A DNA stretch of 63,703 nt, filler included, from Polymyxa betae A26-41 (GCA_003693705.1; 4 parts of 4 records of this genome joined end to end with filler, not necessarily neighbours in it); one strand, 5' to 3'; positions 12,813 through 26,230 are shown, counted from the first letter of the whole stretch. The notes: generated by a model not told the origin, from the letters alone. Made by a program: numbers and translations.

Positions 12813-13640
12813 GCTCAGTAAGAGCAATGAATACTTCAAATGGAATCGACAAGTCCGGTTGGCCTTCGAAGCAAACGATCAATAGAAATATCTAACAGCG
12901 ACGCCAACTGCAAAATCAAAGAAGCAGGACAAGGCTGCAAAAGGATTCTCCTAAGTAGTCTCAGCGTCGTTTATCAAGACGAGGCCAAGAAAGGTGCTAA
13001 TGAAGTATGGTATTACATGGCTATCGTTGCGAGTCAACTTTCAGTCTACACAGCAACTGAAATGAGGTGTGAATTCTATGGCAAGAAATTATGACCAATT
13101 GAGGATATAATTAAATTCATCATCCGGAAAAAGGAACTGTATTTAAACGCTAACAAAAGCTCGCTCCAAACAGTGAATGATATTACTTTATCACATGCAA
13201 TAGTACTATGCACGCGGCAGCGGTTCAAAAGTTTGGTCGAAGCCTACTGCAAGTCAACCAGCATCCTATTGACGAACTGACCAATCAAATTCCAGAAGCT
13301 GAGAAAGCGAGAGTCCATAAAACACGGATTCATTCGCTCTAAGAGTTTCAACAGCTTGCGGCTATGTAACAAAATCATGCAGGAGGCGAAGCAAATTGTT
13401 GGAAACAATTCCCAACCAAAAACCAAAAATGCTGAAGGAGAAAGGAAACTCGAACGCGAAACTCGCTAATGACGCTAAAGACACTGATAAAGAAATATTT
13501 TCTGTTTATATTACCTTGTGTACTTCGGATGTGTGGATAGCTGATACAGTATGCAGCAAAACCATGACTGGAACAAAATCCAAGTGTTTCAATCCTGCCA
13601 GACGCAACCGTGATCGAGATTGTCGATAATAAAATTATGT
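12813..13640 (+). pseudogene. Copia gag-protease remnant (continuation of the element whose LTR/PBS is at 7456-7752)
   Basis: Gag-like KGANEVW; degenerate knuckle near 13357-13400; protease motif VWIADTVCSKTMTG. Confidence 0.65.
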
Positions 13641-13739
13641 CCTGAAGCAGAAGGCAAAATCGAACTGGCGGGACAAGTTTTGGAAACGTTATACGCACGC
13701 GCGCTTAGAAAAACACATCTGCCATCAACGATTTCAGCT

Positions 13740-13985
13740 CTGATGCGGGAAATCTATGATTCCGTCTAAAAAGGTCGTATTAGCTGTTATCTTTGCTTTG
13801 AAACGGTTTCATTATTATCTTTATGGCAGGCATTTTGAGCTCTTCTCTGATCATCGCGCTTTACCGTTCCTTTTCACTCAAAACGACGATTATCCTCAGT
13901 TGGCCAACTGGATCAAGACCATTCTGTCATAGAATTTCCAAATCATTCACAGACCGGGTGTTGAAAATGTTCTACCTGACACAAA
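13740..13985 (+). pseudogene. Ty3/gypsy RNase H fragment
   Basis: Manual translation: LAVIFALKRFHYYLYGRHFELFSDHRAL...NFQIIHRPGVENVLPD. Confidence 0.8.
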
Positions 13986-14179
13986 AGGTGTCCGTAAAAG
14001 GCTCTGAAAGTCTCTCAGTCGCAGACCTTCGAGACTAAAGTTCTGCCGGAGCCTCCGAATGCTGCAGCCTGCAAGTCTTAGCTAAAGATCTCTCGAACTT
14101 TTCGAAGCCCAATAAAACAACCTCCACACAGTCTCAAAGACTTTTGAATTAAGCGCTTTTCTGTAGTTCTAAGGTTTTA

Positions 14180-14975
14180 ATGGAAATAGAACTTGATCTG
14201 TTCCCAGAACAAAGTGCTGTATGTAGATTTTCAGGCAGATGGGAATTCTGGGCTTGCTCCAGGGAGTTATCCTCCTCCTAAACGCCTGAAGTTGACTGCG
14301 AGAGAAGTTGTGAATTTGGTTAAGACCAGCGTTCTACTCACAGCGCATCGAAAATTCTATGCGGAATGGTCAAATGGAAGAAAGAAAGCTGGCACACAGC
14401 TCATCCTGAAAAAGATTTGGCCGAAGGTAGCAAAATATGACGTTGTTAAGAACGAATTGATCTCAGCACTTTATTCTGTACAGATATACGCTGAATACAA
14501 GAAAGAATATCCTGATTGCACGATGAGAGAGAAGGTTCTTAAAACGAACATTCGCTCTGAAAAAGATGAGCTCAAAACCGTAGATTCTGACGATGCATCC
14601 GGCAAAGTCTCCCGCCAGCCTTCTGAGATGCTCTAAAAGATCAAGGCTGGCAATCCGCATGCCAAGCGCAACATTCTTGCGAAACAAGGAAAAATTATGA
14701 GCGAATTTTCGTCCAAAAAAGAAAACGATCGTGATGGGTCGAATAGAAGCACTCCTTCTAAAAAGGGTTCGAAAACGAAAGCCCAAACTCTGGTCGAGCA
14801 AGCAGATTCCATTTCCAAAATTAGCGAAAATTATGCCCAGGCACGCCAAGCACAAGAAACCCTCATCAAAAATCAAACGGACCTTGTTCAGCTCCAGAAA
14901 CTGAAGCAGGCTCTCGAGCTGGGTCTCCTATCACAGGAGGAGTTCAATGCCAAGGCACGAGCCTTGCTGCTTTAA
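14180..14975 (+). pseudogene. PIF/Harbinger accessory protein (Myb/SANT-like N-terminal half, SHOCT-like C-terminus), spliced and frameshifted
   Basis: Convergent with the Harbinger transposase (stops 35 bp apart); LTAREVVNLV...KKIWPK|IYAEY across a GT..AG intron (~14427-14482); C-terminal LQKLKQALELGLLSQEEFNAKARALL. Confidence 0.65.
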
Positions 14976-15010
14976 CTAATAAATCTATTTTGAGCGACAT
15001 TTGCCTTCTG

Positions 15011-16173
15011 CTATGACTCAATTTCTTCATCTAAATCCCAACCAGCGTTTTCGCCAAAACCCGCCTCGAGCTGAGCACACGTATCCAAACGACGGCGTTG
15101 GAAAAAATTGGTCAAAATAGCGGCACTGCGAAACAGATAAGGAAATCTATCGCGGAACGATTCAAAGGTCTTCATGAAAATCTTCCATTTGCGTTTGAGA
15201 CCCCCTATACCCCATTCTACACCGACGCGATAACCTGCATGCATCGCGTTGAAGGCATCGATGACGTCTACGTCGCCCTCTGCAGGAATTTCTCTGCGAC
15301 CTAGGCGGCGCATAATTAACATCTCTTCGCCAACGTAGCCTGGATCGCCTAATCAGTATTCGAAGTAATCATCGCGGTGAGTTAGCAATCGCCGCCAATA
15401 CTTGTAGAGATCAGACTGCCGAAGACAATTTACGTCATGGAAGGATCCTGGGTAACCAGGATCGATTAAATGAAAACTCCCCGATGATCAATCACGACTG
15501 TGTTATTTAAGCAATACATGGATTTGCGTCCATTGTACCAGGGTCTGTCGGTATCCACGCTGGAAGGGCGCCGTATGGGAACCAGGGTGCCATCAATATA
15601 TCCTACGCAACCGTCGAATCCAGGAATTGCTTGGGCGGAGATTCTTCGTTCTGACTCAGAATGCCAACGGAGCTCATCGTGCAAGACGGCATTGATGCAC
15701 TAGGAAACAAAGACTATATCATCGCCAGTCGAGGATTTTGCCCAGTTCCATGTAAAAGCATTTAAACGCACCGTGTTATCGTGCTTCAAATATAGAACGA
15801 AGAGCAGAAGTCGTTGTTGAGGTGAGATCTTAGGTTGCCTTCCGAATACAGAGCGTGGCTGGCCGGTCGAGCGAGCAGTTCTCTCAATAATCGGACAGAC
15901 GAGACTGGATAGTTCTTCGAACTCTTTCGCTGAAAAAATTGTAATGATACGGAAGTACGAAGGTGTTCGTTGTAGCAGATTCAATTGGTCACGATCACCT
16001 TCTTCGGGGCTGACGAAATGCTGATCCTCGTTCAAAAGCTCATCATCCGTAAAAAGATTGGACGAGATCGAGGCCGCCATACAGACAGAGGTGATCGCTA
16101 TTAGATTTTCGTCCATTAACTGATCGATTATAAGTTCAACATCGCTCTTTTCGTAGCCTAGGAAAAGATCCAT
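15011..16173 (-). pseudogene. PIF/Harbinger (DDE_Tnp_4, HARBI1-like) transposase with stops/frameshifts
   Basis: ISPQQRLLLFVLYLKH HTH; VGYIDGTLVPIRRP; YNGRK..Y.LN; GYPGSFHD; GDPGY; FN..H...RVGVEWGIGGLKRKW. Confidence 0.9.
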
Positions 16174-16479
16174 ATTTGATATTGCAAAAAATAAATCTGT
16201 GTATTCAGAGATTCTTATGTGTGACAGGGGGATCCGTCAGACCTTTGCAAAGATCAGGCACATATACGGGCAACTGCAAAGATCTGCCAGTGACAGACAG
16301 AGGTCAAAGATTTTTTCATTCGAGGGGACGAAAAATAAGATGATTCGTTGATGCAGATGGGGATATTTCCTTTTAATTGATGAGTGGCTCTCGCTTTATA
16401 GAATGACAATTTCCAGCAAAATCCATTATCTGCCAACTCGTACGGGAAGAGCTCCGACAGTTTTCAATGGTTGTTCATT

Positions 16480-19341
16480 CATAGGGATGTAAATCAGGAA
16501 GAAACGTCGAAGACGAATTGGAAAGTTCGTTTTCGTTGTCGAGATGGCGGTCGCCGAGTCTGTTTGCCACGGTTTCTACCAAAGTTCGTCAGCTGCTATC
16601 TTCAAGTTAAGTCAATATGCTGACGTTGCCAAAAAGCTTGTGCTGTGTTCTAGAGTGTGAAACAAGAATGATGTCGAAATCGAAGAAGAAGGCTCGAATC
16701 GGTTGATGCAATGGCTCTCGCAGACCCACTGCAATAGAAACGGGCTATCGGCGTTCGTGAAACCATCAGCGGCAATGATTTGGTGATCTTTTAGCAGTGT
16801 CGGCAAACGTTGTTAGTTTCACGAACGAAACTTTGTGTTTGTGAAAGTACTTTTCCAGATGCTCTATTGAATTCCCTATCCGCACGATATTGGTCGACGT
16901 TATCAAACATCTCTTCGTGCAACCGGGATAGTTACGATTCATTTGTGCCATTTTCTTGAACCAATGCGTCAGCATACCTATTTGCAAATCGTTGTTTTGA
17001 AAGAAATGGTGTGTTTTCCAGCGTCTTCTGCCGAAGATCCAAAGCCGCTCTGCTCTGTAATTAAACTGGTCGTGATGATCAACTCTGAAAACAGTTAGCA
17101 TCAATTGTTAAAGAGTAGCGTACAAAGCTCAAACTCAATATTATAACTTGCGCTGAGTAATTCTGCATAATATTTGTTGAATGACCACGTGTCGCATGGT
17201 TCAATTTCTGTAGCCGTCTCATGAAGCATTCCGACCAGAAGTTCCATGATGTTCCTGTCAAAGGACCTAAATCAATTAGAATATGAGGAACAGCATGAAG
17301 CATGAAATGCAGGGGCAAAGTCTACATGTTGGGGAGTTGCTGCATATGTTTTCATCGAGGTTCAACGACAGTGAAGACGCGCTTACTTCTTCCAACGAAG
17401 TCAGACTCTCGGTTATTCTTAGCTGCAAAAGCCCAAGCTGCGACTTGTTCTGAATCGAAGCAAAGCACAAAGACAGCGTACCAAAAAAACAATACATAGC
17501 TTCTTGGAATTCTCTTGCATGAGCAGTATCTTTGAAAAGACCTCGAGTCAAGAACTTGAACATGCCATGCACTAGACTATGCCATTGCGCGTTTTTAATC
17601 CAGAGCTGACTCTTGATATATGCAAAAGCTGTTCTGATCCTAATCGCCATCGTCAGTGAAAGCACCCAAATGACGTAAAGTATATTCCTTCTGGAGCCCA
17701 TAGAGTTTGTATTCGGGACGAAATCTCGCTTCGACCTTTCGGGGCCAAAGTCCAAGCAAGGTCAGAATCTTAATCGCAAACGGGTTTGAGACGATTCAAC
17801 GATCTTTCTGCTTATCGTGCTTCATTGTTAAATGCCAGCCCGCTTCCACCGCTTTCGCCATCTAAAATCTTCGACAGTCGTTCGAACCGCATTCTCCATC
17901 AATGAATAAATCCCCCATTGGTTGTTAAGAGCTCGACTGACACCAAGGTGCTGCATAGAATCTGATTTGAACTGCCATGACGGATCCCATCCTCTGTCAA
18001 GGCATTGTGTAAGGGCATCTATCCCATAATGACCCTGCCCTGGGAGCTTGTATGGGTAATTGGGATCACCTGATCTACTGTATCATACTGCTTGGCAGCA
18101 TGATGACCCTTCAGGCAGGCCGCCCCTCGATTTCGATGGATTGTCTTTTCAACATCGTACTGAGAGGATGTTTGGCCTAAAAAGATGTTAGTCTTTTGCT
18201 TCGGTATGTGACCTTGAAAACCTGATAGTACAATCTGCTCGTTCGTCCACAGCATTGGTGCAGATGATTTAGATGTTGAACCCAGGAATTTAGGAACAAG
18301 AGCTCGTTTACGCGAAGGATGATTAGCAGGAAGAAACCAGAAAGAGCCCTGTCTACATGTTCGTCGAAAGCATCTCAGCCTTCAAATGAACATATACAGG
18401 CGCCATGGATACTAGATGAGCCAGCTTTTCTCATTGTCTTTGCATAAACCGGCAATCAGCCATGCTGGTCATCAACTTGCCTTTAACCAGGACTATGGTC
18501 AGCAAAGAGATCATAGTATGATGTTTAGTCACCGTAATCAAGAAGATTGACGAAGCATCAAATATGCAAAGACCACTGTGATTGATCATGTTCAGTTCGT
18601 GTGTTACCAGTTCAAAAAATGCTTGCCTGCTAAAGTAGGAACAGCAAGTCATCAAAACAGAAGAAGGCTTACAACGGGTGAAGCTGGCAGCGTCAGGTAG
18701 GAAAAGAGGTGTGGCCAAACAGAGATTTTTGAAGAGTTTTGAACGCGCGCACCGTCAAAAGAGTGAACTAACGCTAGCACAAACGTTTCCATTCCTAATA
18801 CACTTATCAGATATCGAGTCTGGAATAGAATCAAATTGACCTTCAGATCTGGAGGAATGTTCATTTAGCGCAGCTTGATGAAACGGAATGTAATGATCAT
18901 AGAAAAGATCGCCATGGAACCAATCCGTCATTAGCTCCTCCTTTTCTTTGTTCGTGAGTACCTACTAACTAATTCGTTGATCTCTGATAATCCAGCTCTA
19001 AACAACTTAGCAAAGGCAGCAACCTCGAATCGAATCTGTAAATCAGGTCAACTGACACCAATCATCATTCTGTTGACCTGTATACCGGAAGGGATGGGCC
19101 AGGATAGGCACGACTTGGCGTTTTGCCTTGAAATACCACAAATTGGACACACGTCAGCATTTTCCAGTGACAAGACAAATATGCAATGCCCGTTGGGGCA
19201 AGATTCAAGAAAAAAGGGCTTGAATTGCGAAAGTGTCACGAAGCAGTATCGTTTTAACCTCGCTCCATGTTTTAGGAAAGCCCTTGTAAATCGAAATCGC
19301 ACGATTTGGGATAAAGTCCATATCAATATTTTTTCCATCAT
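16480..19341 (-). pseudogene. CACTA/EnSpm-like (Transposase_21-type) transposase, copy A, 5'-truncated
   Basis: LESCPNGHCIF...CPICGISR; DWFHGDLFY; HSFDGARV..SS.ISVWP; HFMLHAV..ILIDLGPLTGTSWNFWSECFM. Left boundary is approximate. Confidence 0.75.
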
Positions 19342-20720
19342 TTCTTCTTTTTGACTGGGCTGATTGCTGATTGTGATAATTTTTATTGCTGAACCATTTG
19401 GGATTTTATATTGTTTTTATCGTCCTTATTTGTAATTTTTCGAGTTTTTATTTGCTCTGGGTCTCAATCACTATCATTGGAGGCCATCTCACTTTTGTAA
19501 GCTTTTCTTGCTATAGGACCACAGGGCGAAACCAGAGCGTGTTGCAGCAGATTACGCCAGTCGTGTTCATGTTATATCTGGCGTTCGATCGAGGTATCGC
19601 ACGAGACGGGCCCCAAGTTTGCCCATATCAATATCTTTCTATCATTTTTCTTCTTTGATAGGGCCGATTCTCTGCCCAATTTCGTTATATTTCATTGCAG
19701 AAGCAATTTGGGCTTTTTTTTACAATTTTTCTCGTCCTTATTGGTAAATTTTAGGGCATTTATTTCCTATGGGTCTCTATCACTATCATTAGGGACCATC
19801 TCACTTATGTAATAATCTTATCTTTCTATAGGACCCCCTGGCGAAACAAGGAATTGTAGAACGAATTGCAGCATTTCACTCCAACCATGTACATGCTCCA
19901 GCTGGCGTTGGTTCGAGGTATTGCATGATGTGGGCTCCGATTTAGCCTATATCAATAGTTTTCTATTATTTCTTCATTGTAATTTGCTGATACTCTGCCC
20001 AAATTGGAAGTTTTTCATCGTGAAAGTCGTTTGTGCTTTCAAATGCTTTTCTCGTCGCTCTTTGTAAATTTTAGACTTTTTATTTACATTTGTTTCTCAC
20101 ACTATCATTAGTGATTTCTCTTTGTAAGCTTATCTTGTTATAGAACCACCGGGCGACACAAGGGACGGTAAAACGAGTTCCAGCACTTCACTACCGGCAT
20201 GTACATGCTCCAGCTGGCGTTTATTCGAGATATCGCAGGATTTGTGCTCTATTTTAGCCCATATCAATATTTTTCTATCATTTCTTCATTTTGGGCTGAT
20301 ACTCTGCCCAATTTGGATATTTTTCATTGTTGAACTTATTTGTGCTTTCCTATATGTTTCTCGTCATTCTTTGAATTTTTAGAGCATTTTATTGATTATG
20401 AGTCTCAATCAGTTATGAATCGTCTCGCTTTTGAAAACTTTCCTGTCTTTAGGACCATCTGGCGACATCAGTGCTGCTATAGTGAGTTGCAGCACATCAC
20501 GCCAATCCTGTTCATTGTATCTTGGCATCGGTTCGAGGTATCGCGTGCTATGGCCCCAATTCAGGCAATGTCAAGTATCTCAATCATTTCTTTATTTTGA
20601 GAGGACTGATACTCTGCCCGATTCCGATATTTTTCTTTGATGAAGTCATTTGGGCTTTTTTCTCATCCTTTTCAATTTACTATCGGTCTCTATAACTAGA
20701 GACCATCTCACTTTGGTATC
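19305..20720. repeat. Degenerate ~305-325-bp tandem satellite (~4.5 units)
   Basis: Anchor (c/t)atatcaata..tt..atcattt at ~19319, ~19624, ~19948, ~20259, ~20566; each unit has cactatcatt, ctataggacc, ggcgtt..tcgaggtatcgc. Confidence 0.9.
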
Positions 20721-20879
20721 TTGAGCTCAAGCAGTTCGCTTTTCGGTTATCGATATCAATCGCTATCCGTTATTGTTGTTTGTCTCATTTTTCAGATTTC
20801 TTGTGTTATTTTCTTAACCAAGCGTGCAGTGCAAAGTTTCAAACAGTAACCATAAATATGAGAATAAAGATTGTATTCT

Positions 20880-23800
20880 TTTCAGCTTCTTATATGATCA
20901 TCTCCTCTGCCTTGCCTGATCCTATCACGAAGTAGCCTTTCTCTTGTGATAGCTTTCCAAGCATAATATTCATTGGTTCCACGTTTTCACGTTTTCTAAA
21001 AACACCCATCGCGACCATCCTTTGTTTTCGGCTGCTGTCATAGCCTGGACTATTGGAAGATTAGTCTCCTGGTCTACGAGATATCCAACATTTTTGCTGT
21101 TTGGAGATCTATACCAATCGACGAAGGCTAATTGTTGCACTGGAATATCGTCACGAATTGTGAGTGAAGAAAACCAGTTAGTGGAGCAGAACCAAACTGA
21201 AGATTGAGTGGTAGACGTTGAGACTTTGACCTGTAGAATGTGGTTGCTTGTTTTAAGAGCTTTCTTCCGCTAATATTCCCTGGATCGAAAGAGTTTCCCA
21301 CGATGGACTCGATGTGTAACAGTGTTAAACTCCCCTAATGACAGCAATTCAAAGGTTCGGCTGTGTTGATTAAAAGGAAGCTTTGCAATTAAAAATATAG
21401 AGTTTATTCAACGTCATATTGGTTATTAGAAATTTCAACACATCAAGCGTTTTCTGCAAAGTGCTATCACGAAAAAATAATCGAAGAAACTGATCATCTC
21501 ATAACGAAATACTGATTCCCTGGCTTAAACCTACCTTGCAAAGCTAATACAAGCGCCTGGCTAAAGCAAGCGCATTGCAAGTACTTGATCAGTTGCTCCT
21601 TGTTCTGCTGGAAAAAAGCAACAGCATTCTTTTGCAGTTTCAACTCGCTGTATGGAGCCCCGATCGTTGCTGTAAATCTTTTGATTGCAGTGCGATATTC
21701 AATCGTCCTGCAAAGAATCAATATACGACAGGCCCAAAAGGATGTGACGAAGCTCATCCTCACCCAGCTGCCAATCGTTGTGTTTGAAGTGAACGATAGT
21801 ACGCTGGCTTGCATTACACACATCACTTTCATCTGTCTCATCCGAGCTGCCAAATGTCCAAAGTCTGTTGGGGCTGTGACTAAACTGTAGATGGTTTTCG
21901 AATCTAAACACCGTGTTAGATCACGACGCCAAGCTGAAACGTCAGAGACGTACCGATAACATGTGATCACCACTTGCTCTGCATAATTTTTCATGATGTT
22001 CACAGCTTGCCCTCTAGAAGCGTGATTCATTGACTTCGCTGGTCTCATAAACCTTTCAGACCAAAAGTTCCATGAAGATCCCGTTAATGGCCCTAAATCT
22101 TTGAATATATGGTCAACAATGTGAAGAGCAAAATGAACAGGTAATGTCATCAACATGCTTGGAATTTACTGATGAGAATATATTTGACGAGCTCCAAATA
22201 TAAATATTGTTTGGTTTCCTCCTCCAACAAGGTTAGTGCCTCCGCGAGTTTGCTCTGGCAATTGTTTATTTGTGAGCGATGAATGATTGAGCAGAAGCAG
22301 TCTGAAAGCGAGTCGAAAAACCGATACAACTTCTTTTAATCATCGCAGCGCTGTCATTACCAAAGAGTCTTTTGGTCAGGAATTTAAACAGACCATGCAG
22401 CATCAGATGCCACTGTGCATTCTTTACCAACATCTGGGAAGGTACATACGGATTGAATATTTCTGGCGCTCCTAGATTTCACTGTTACCATCGTTAACAT
22501 GATTAAATACAGCAGCTCACCCTCCGGTACTCTCAGATTCCTCAAGCTCGTGCTAATTTCTGTCCGGCTACCCTTTATCAAAGCCCAGGGCAAACGAGAC
22601 TGGTGGTCCCAAACGTGCGGTAGCCTATTAATCGCTTTTTCTGCATCGCGTGCTTCACAATCGAACACGAGTCCCGCGCCACCAGGCTCGCAGTCCAACG
22701 CTTCAATCAGTGTCTTTGCCATATTCTAGGAAGATTGTAAGCAAAGTTGCTGATGATCCATTACAAGCACACACACCCAAATGATGCATATAATCTGACT
22801 TGAACTGGCGGCTGGGATCCCATCCACTTTTCAAATGCCTCGACAGAGCATCAATTCCATAGAACCCGGACATCTTATAAGGATGGTAGGGTTACCTTCG
22901 TCCGGTCATATGGTCTATATTCCTTTTAGTCCACGGTTTCTTGCTGATTGAGCCCTTTCATCGCGTTTTGAAATTTCGTAAGTTTCAGATAGGGAGCCTT
23001 TAAGCATTTTTTCAGAATCATTCATCAGCAATTTACAGCGAAAGTGATATACCATAGAGAGCGATTTCGTCCTTAGTAAACAGCATAGGAGCGGGTTTTC
23101 GGCTCGTTTTCAGTCATGGAGGAACAGCAGCCGTCTTTCGAAGAGGATGATTTTGAGGTAAATGCTGGTATGAGCCCAGAGGACATGTTCGGCGAAAACA
23201 TCTGATACCTTGGATTTTGCAAATGCAAGCTCCATTGATGCTCGATGATCCAGCTCTTTTCATTGCCTTTGCCCACGCTGGTAGGTCGCCCATGCTATTC
23301 AGCAGTATCATGTTGATCTGTAAGGAAAGTGTTTAGATCATGTCAACAGTTCTCTACGACATACCTTTGTCAATCTTGAAAGCGACGCATCAAACACGTA
23401 TAAACCGCTCTTATTGATCAAGCTTAGCTAATGAGCGACCAACGCGAAAAATGCTTGACTGGAAAAGTAAGAGCACGAGGTCATGACTACGGATGATGGC
23501 TTGCATCTTGCTGTCGGAGGCAAGGTTAGATACGAAAACAGATGAGGCCAGACCGATATCTGCGATGAATTGTGTACTCTTGTCCCATCGTAACAATGAG
23601 TTAACGCTATGATCATATTACTGTCACCTAAAAAATTCGTAAACAACAAGCAGACATGTGAGCTCTTTCAACCATTTCTGGACATCTTTCTGAGCTCCTT
23701 GGTATGAAATGGAACATAATAATCGTAAAATAAGTCTCCATGCGTCCAGTCACTCATGAACTCTTTCTTGTTGCCGGTTTCTATATGTTTCTGTTCTAAT

Positions 23801-25072
23801 TCTCCAATGCTTTCGAAACCTTCCCAGTATAGCTTCGCCATTGAACTAAATGAAAATCGGATCTGATTGCATTTCAGTTACTATGCATTAGTAATTCCTG
23901 GCATCTTACTTGGATATCGTATGACAAAGGCCAATACAGAAAAGTTTTAGCGTTTGTCCTTTCGCTTAAACATTCAGGGCATCTTTCCTCATTCTCCAAG
24001 TCCAGTGTGTAGATGCAGTGACCTGAAGGACAAGATTCCAACCTAATGGGCTTGAAGCAAAGAAACACATCTCTGAGAATAGTTTCCTTAGCAGCCTTCC
24101 AACTGGAAGGAAAATTGCTATATATTGGAATAGACTCTCCCAACTCTTTTTCTGGCTTAGATGACATTTCTGCAAGATGCATGCTTAGTATTACCTCAAA
24201 ACTTTTACTGTTGATACTGGAACGAAATCTTATGTCGGCGAACTGCATAATCTTGGTTTTGATTTTTTTGAAAATGAGAGCGACTCTCAATTCCTAGTTC
24301 GTCTAGTTGATTTTCGTGAATGTGAGACATTCTTTGCAGCATCGATCTTTCGCCATTCATGGCTTTCAAGATTTCTTTTTCGAACTTTGACTGTGATTGA
24401 TCAACATATGGTTCCTTTAGAACCGCACTGTCAGATGAATCGTGCGAACTTTCATCTGTCAAATCGTTATGGGCTTCGTTTGTCGACGGATCAAGAGACT
24501 CGTCATCATTCAAGCATTGATCAGCAGCATTGACATCACTGCAGCTCGAAGCGATTTCGATATAAAGTTCATTATCTAGCAGATTCTCAATGAAACTTCT
24601 GTGAAAACCTATATAATTCTTCCAAGTTACCATCTGAGCCAGCCGTATGAAAGGCATTATCTTGGTGTGGCTTGAATGATGTCGCTGCAGGCGTTTCATC
24701 ATCCGTAGGACCTGAATTCGTCTGAGATTGATTCTGTTGATAACAATAGGCATAGGCTGACCCGGGGCATCTTCCATGTTTGTTGTGTTGTTTAACAAGT
24801 GATGATCGGGCATTGCTTCTGTTTCAGGTTCAAAACTAGGCTCTTCATCTACTAATTATAACAAGATATTAGGCTGAGCTTTCCGAACTGCTCTGCTTAC
24901 CATTGAGAATGTAACGACGTTTATTTAGACTCTTTTCTTCTAGCAGAATATCGTCGTTTCTGTGCTTCTCGCAAGTATCTGGGTAGCGAATTTTTCCTCC
25001 GCATCTGTGTGTTTTACAGTAACAACGTCTTTGCATTCCATTCTTTGTTTTCTTTAGCTTGACAAATGACAT
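20880..25072 (-). pseudogene. CACTA/EnSpm-like (Transposase_21-type) transposase, copy B, near full length but degenerate
   Basis: N-terminal CYCKTHRC..TCEKH; LESCPSGHCIY..CPECLSER; DWTHGDLFY; YDGTRVHNSSQISVWP; HFALHIVDHIFKDLGPLTGSSWNFWSERF (DUF4218-like); C-terminal QLAFVDWY. Confidence 0.8.
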
Positions 25073-25166
25073 TAGGTCTGCTTATAAAAGATCCTGGCTA
25101 TCTAAAGAATACTCAGAGCTGTGACTTGATGCTGGCACCAGTGTACTGGTCAATAGAAAAGCTGTT

Positions 25167-26230
25167 TTATGTAATGCTATAGCTTTCGTTTTTGGCCTCC
25201 TTTAATTGCTTTTCAAGCAAGTTGGCTATTGCTTTTCGGATCTTTTGTCCTGAGGGAGATTCCATATCGAACGCAAGTTCGTTGGAGGATTCGAGATTCT
25301 GAAAGTCTTCGAAGATAAATTCCAGCATGAGCCCCAGCGAGCACTCCGGGAACTTGTACTCGCAAAGTGCTGGGTTTACGTCATTGCCTTCATTGCTGGC
25401 TAAGGCTGCTTTAACTTTCTCTTTTGTCATCATATGAAATTTTTCTCGTAATTCTGTGCTCGAGTAAATTCCATATCGTTTTCGACTAGACAGCCTCTTA
25501 CCATCTTTGACCATCTCCAGCTCTGGCATTGCTGCTGGAAGCTGCTTCTTGATTTCCACAATCAACATCTCAGCATCTCCATTGATTGTTTCCAAGGACA
25601 TGCTAGATGTTATTCAACTTTAGCATGGCATCAAATCTATAATCGAATCCATTACTTACTTATGGAACATTAATTGATCTCGAAGTAGCTGTCGAAAAGC
25701 TTTTCGTTCCGGCGTCAGTTCTTTTGGTTTCGTGATGCGAAACTTTCTCAGAAGTTTGGTGGTGATTCGTCCGCTTTTGGGGTGATCGCGCCATCTTTCT
25801 CGTGACCAATAACAATCACGAATTGTCGGAAGTTCGGTTGATCCCCTTTTACGATTTTCTTCATGATTGTTAGATATAACATGATCACAGCCTTTATTCA
25901 TACATACTTCGAGAACTTTAATCGGATAGTTCGTCAAGACTTGCCACAAAACGTAGACCTTTACAAATTGTTTCCTCGTTGACTCCATCTGTCAAGACAG
26001 ACGGGGGATCTTCAGAAACTGACAAGGAAGAAACACGAACTGCTCTATGCGTTTCCAGGTTGATCGCACGACCGTGCAAACTGGATCGGTGTTCGCATGG
26101 ATCGCTTTCATCACTAAGCAGCTCAACACGAGCAACACGCTTCGAGTTTCTAACAAACCAGACAATCGAGCACGGTGCTGCAACTTCCACCAGATTTATT
26201 GTTGTTTAATGCAATCACATATATCAATCT
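25167..26230 (-). pseudogene. Uncharacterised gene upstream of CACTA copy B (possible second, TnpA-like ORF of the element)
   Basis: Co-oriented ORFs of 76, 110 and 144 aa with a gtaag-type break near 25660; ends 94 bp upstream of the transposase ATG. No recognisable domain. Confidence 0.35.

Noticed and set aside
13986-16330. Harbinger TIRs
   Set aside because: Only a 16/21 inverted match (~14011 vs ~16276) was found, with no clean terminus or TAA/TTA TSD, so element boundaries were not called.
19305-20720. CRISPR-like array
   Set aside because: Whole ~310-bp units are homologous with no unique spacers, there are no cas genes, and the context is eukaryotic.
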